A stretch of DNA of 64,000 nucleotides, from positions 5,146,001 through 5,210,000 of the forward strand of contig NC_092353.1 of NCBI RefSeq assembly GCF_963676685.1. The letters are read 5' to 3'. Every line of letters begins with the position of its first letter. The stretch's first letter is position 1. Of this stretch, positions 62,192 to 64,000 are shown piece after piece. The notes under the pieces were generated by a model. That model was not told the origin of the DNA, searched no databases, and saw only the letters and a list, made by a program, of their open reading frames with translations. Position numbers and translations under genes: made by a program. This stretch comes from Mytilus edulis (lineage: Eukaryota).

Positions 62192-62969
62192 TGTCCCAGA
62201 CCATATGAGTATTTGGACCGTATGCGTACGGTCCGGACCGTATACGTATACTCGTACGGTCCGACCATACGCGTACGGTCGGACCGTATGAGTATACGCG
62301 TACGGTCCAGTACGAGCTGACCATACATGTTATTTGATCATATGGGTTAAATTGAAACAAGCATTTATCACAACCTTTATTTTTAGTTTTACAAATTGTT
62401 ATTGATAATTTATTACAATGATAGATAGAATGAACAAACGAACATTTGAAATTAAGTATTTGTTTAATTTTATATCTGAACCCTATTTTGGTACTCTCGC
62501 CCAAGGGGACACAAGTCAAGTAACGTAATATTTTTTACATTTTCATGTATGCAGTTCATGCATGTTCCTTAGCATTTGCATTTTTTGTAAAGTTGCTAAA
62601 TATTCTAAAACAATTGACCTCCCACATTATGTTTACTTCCAATATCTTCAATTTCAGTGATCATAATTCAATTAATGTATTACTGATCGACATGCTTAAT
62701 TCAAGAGACTAACAGGTTTAATTAGCGTGAATTTAAAAAGAAGTTAATATATAAAGTTTTTGTTTCAAGTACAATTGAGCTTTTTTATATTAATTTAATA
62801 GTTAAGTTATGTTGATCTGCTATATGCATTTGTAACTAATAAACTTGACCAACTTTTTAATATTAGTCAGACCGTACGCGTACGGTCCGACCGTATGAGT
62901 ATTTTGAAAAAATACGCATACGGTCCAGACCGTACGCGTACGGTCCAAATACTCATACGGTCTGGAACA
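62192..62969. mobile_element. MITE with long TIRs built from palindromic gaccgtacgcgtacggtc units, 4-bp TSD GATA
   Basis: tgtcccagaccatatgagtatttggaccgta / tacggtccaaatactcatacggtctggaaca, flanked by gata. Confidence 0.8.
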
Positions 62970-64000
62970 GATATATATACAAATCCTCAGCCATGACCCG
63001 TCCAAACGGTGACACTTAATTCGACACCTCGTGTAGGAAGGCGATTGCTAAACTTTCTTTGCAAGTAAAGTTTATCGGTTACCTTGCATAGTTCTGTAGT
63101 GTACACCAACATGTTGTAATGCAAAATACACACCGCCCTTTCATTTTCTAGTTTAATCATTGCTGGCTAAACAAAATTTAGTCTGACACAGCATGTTTAA
63201 AACTAAATATAGTAAACATTATTTATTATCGTAATTAGTCTACATGACAAATAACACAAAAATAACACTATGATTCGATTTACAATATGTTAACCGATGA
63301 CGGGACAACCAGGTGTCTAAGAGAAAACCAGAGAAAACCCCACAAAAGTTGTAGCAAAAAGTGCCATATGTACTTGAAATGTTACTTATATTGCTTCCGG
63401 ATGCATGTGCGTGTACACATATAAGTAAATGTAAAATGTGGTCTTAATTGATAATAAAATTAATATTATCATTAAACATGATATCATTCGAACTTTACAC
63501 TTTTCGTCAGCATATACTGTACATAGGATGGTTAATGAATTGGATGGACCTCAAAAATGAACCCGAAATGGTTGTTTCTTCTGTTTCTAAAGACTTTAGC
63601 TATATCTGAAATCCATGGACGTGAAGATCATTACAGTTTTCAATGCATGAATAAAATTATTTCCAGGAACCAAATTATAGATAATTGCTCATGCATAACT
63701 TCAAATGAAATTAAAACGACTAAATTGTTTAAATGCAAATGTGAAAGTGCTGGAACTGATCGCAATGTTTGGATGGAATTTGTTTGCAAACATTCCTCCA
63801 GTAAAGACAGTAATTTAAAAACCATTCTTTTGGAAAAAAATAAAAGCACAAACGAAGTCTATTTAAATCGTTCTTGCATCTCTTTGTCTTTCTATAAGGG
63901 AGTATCAAAATATAGAATTGAATTGTTCTGTAAAGGATATGGACTTGGAGTAAAATGTAAGTGTAATGTGCCAGTGGACAATCAACTTGGGCATTCAGTG

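Noticed and set aside
63200-64000. Possible start of another gene at the window end
   Set aside because: No recognisable ORF or splice pattern.

Overview
AT-rich, intron-containing animal genomic DNA. The repeat landscape suggests a mollusc/bivalve (inference only). Two convergent host genes can be rebuilt exon by exon: a PAWR/Par-4 homologue (+, 6 coding exons, 3293-19176, ~498 aa) and an AKIP1 homologue (-, 5 coding exons, 35881-27460, ~157 aa). The right half is a nested pair of intact-looking mobile elements, each carrying a nuclease. (1) A ~23.3-kb DNA transposon at 36949-60217 has a TTAA target duplication and GG...CC TIRs (Kolobok-like ends). It encodes an 8-exon ~904-aa DDE transposase fused to a DEDDh 3'-5' exonuclease. 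(2) A very young Ty3/Gypsy LTR retrotransposon at 37039-45818 (- strand) sits 90 bp inside the left end of (1). It has identical 213-bp LTRs, an ATAC TSD, a tRNA-Leu PBS, a PPT and a UUUAAC-type -1 gag-pol frameshift (heptamer UUUAAAC). Its Gag starts with a ComEA-like helix-hairpin-helix domain. In the position where env would lie it carries an intact third ORF: two C2H2 fingers fused to a TatD nuclease, preceded by a splice-acceptor-like site. The element also contains recurrent 7-3-7 palindromes. The rest of the window is MITEs, a LINE remnant, an internally deleted hAT element and several minisatellites, including a head-to-head inverted array in a PAWR intron. All homology calls come from motif recognition by eye; no database searches were run.
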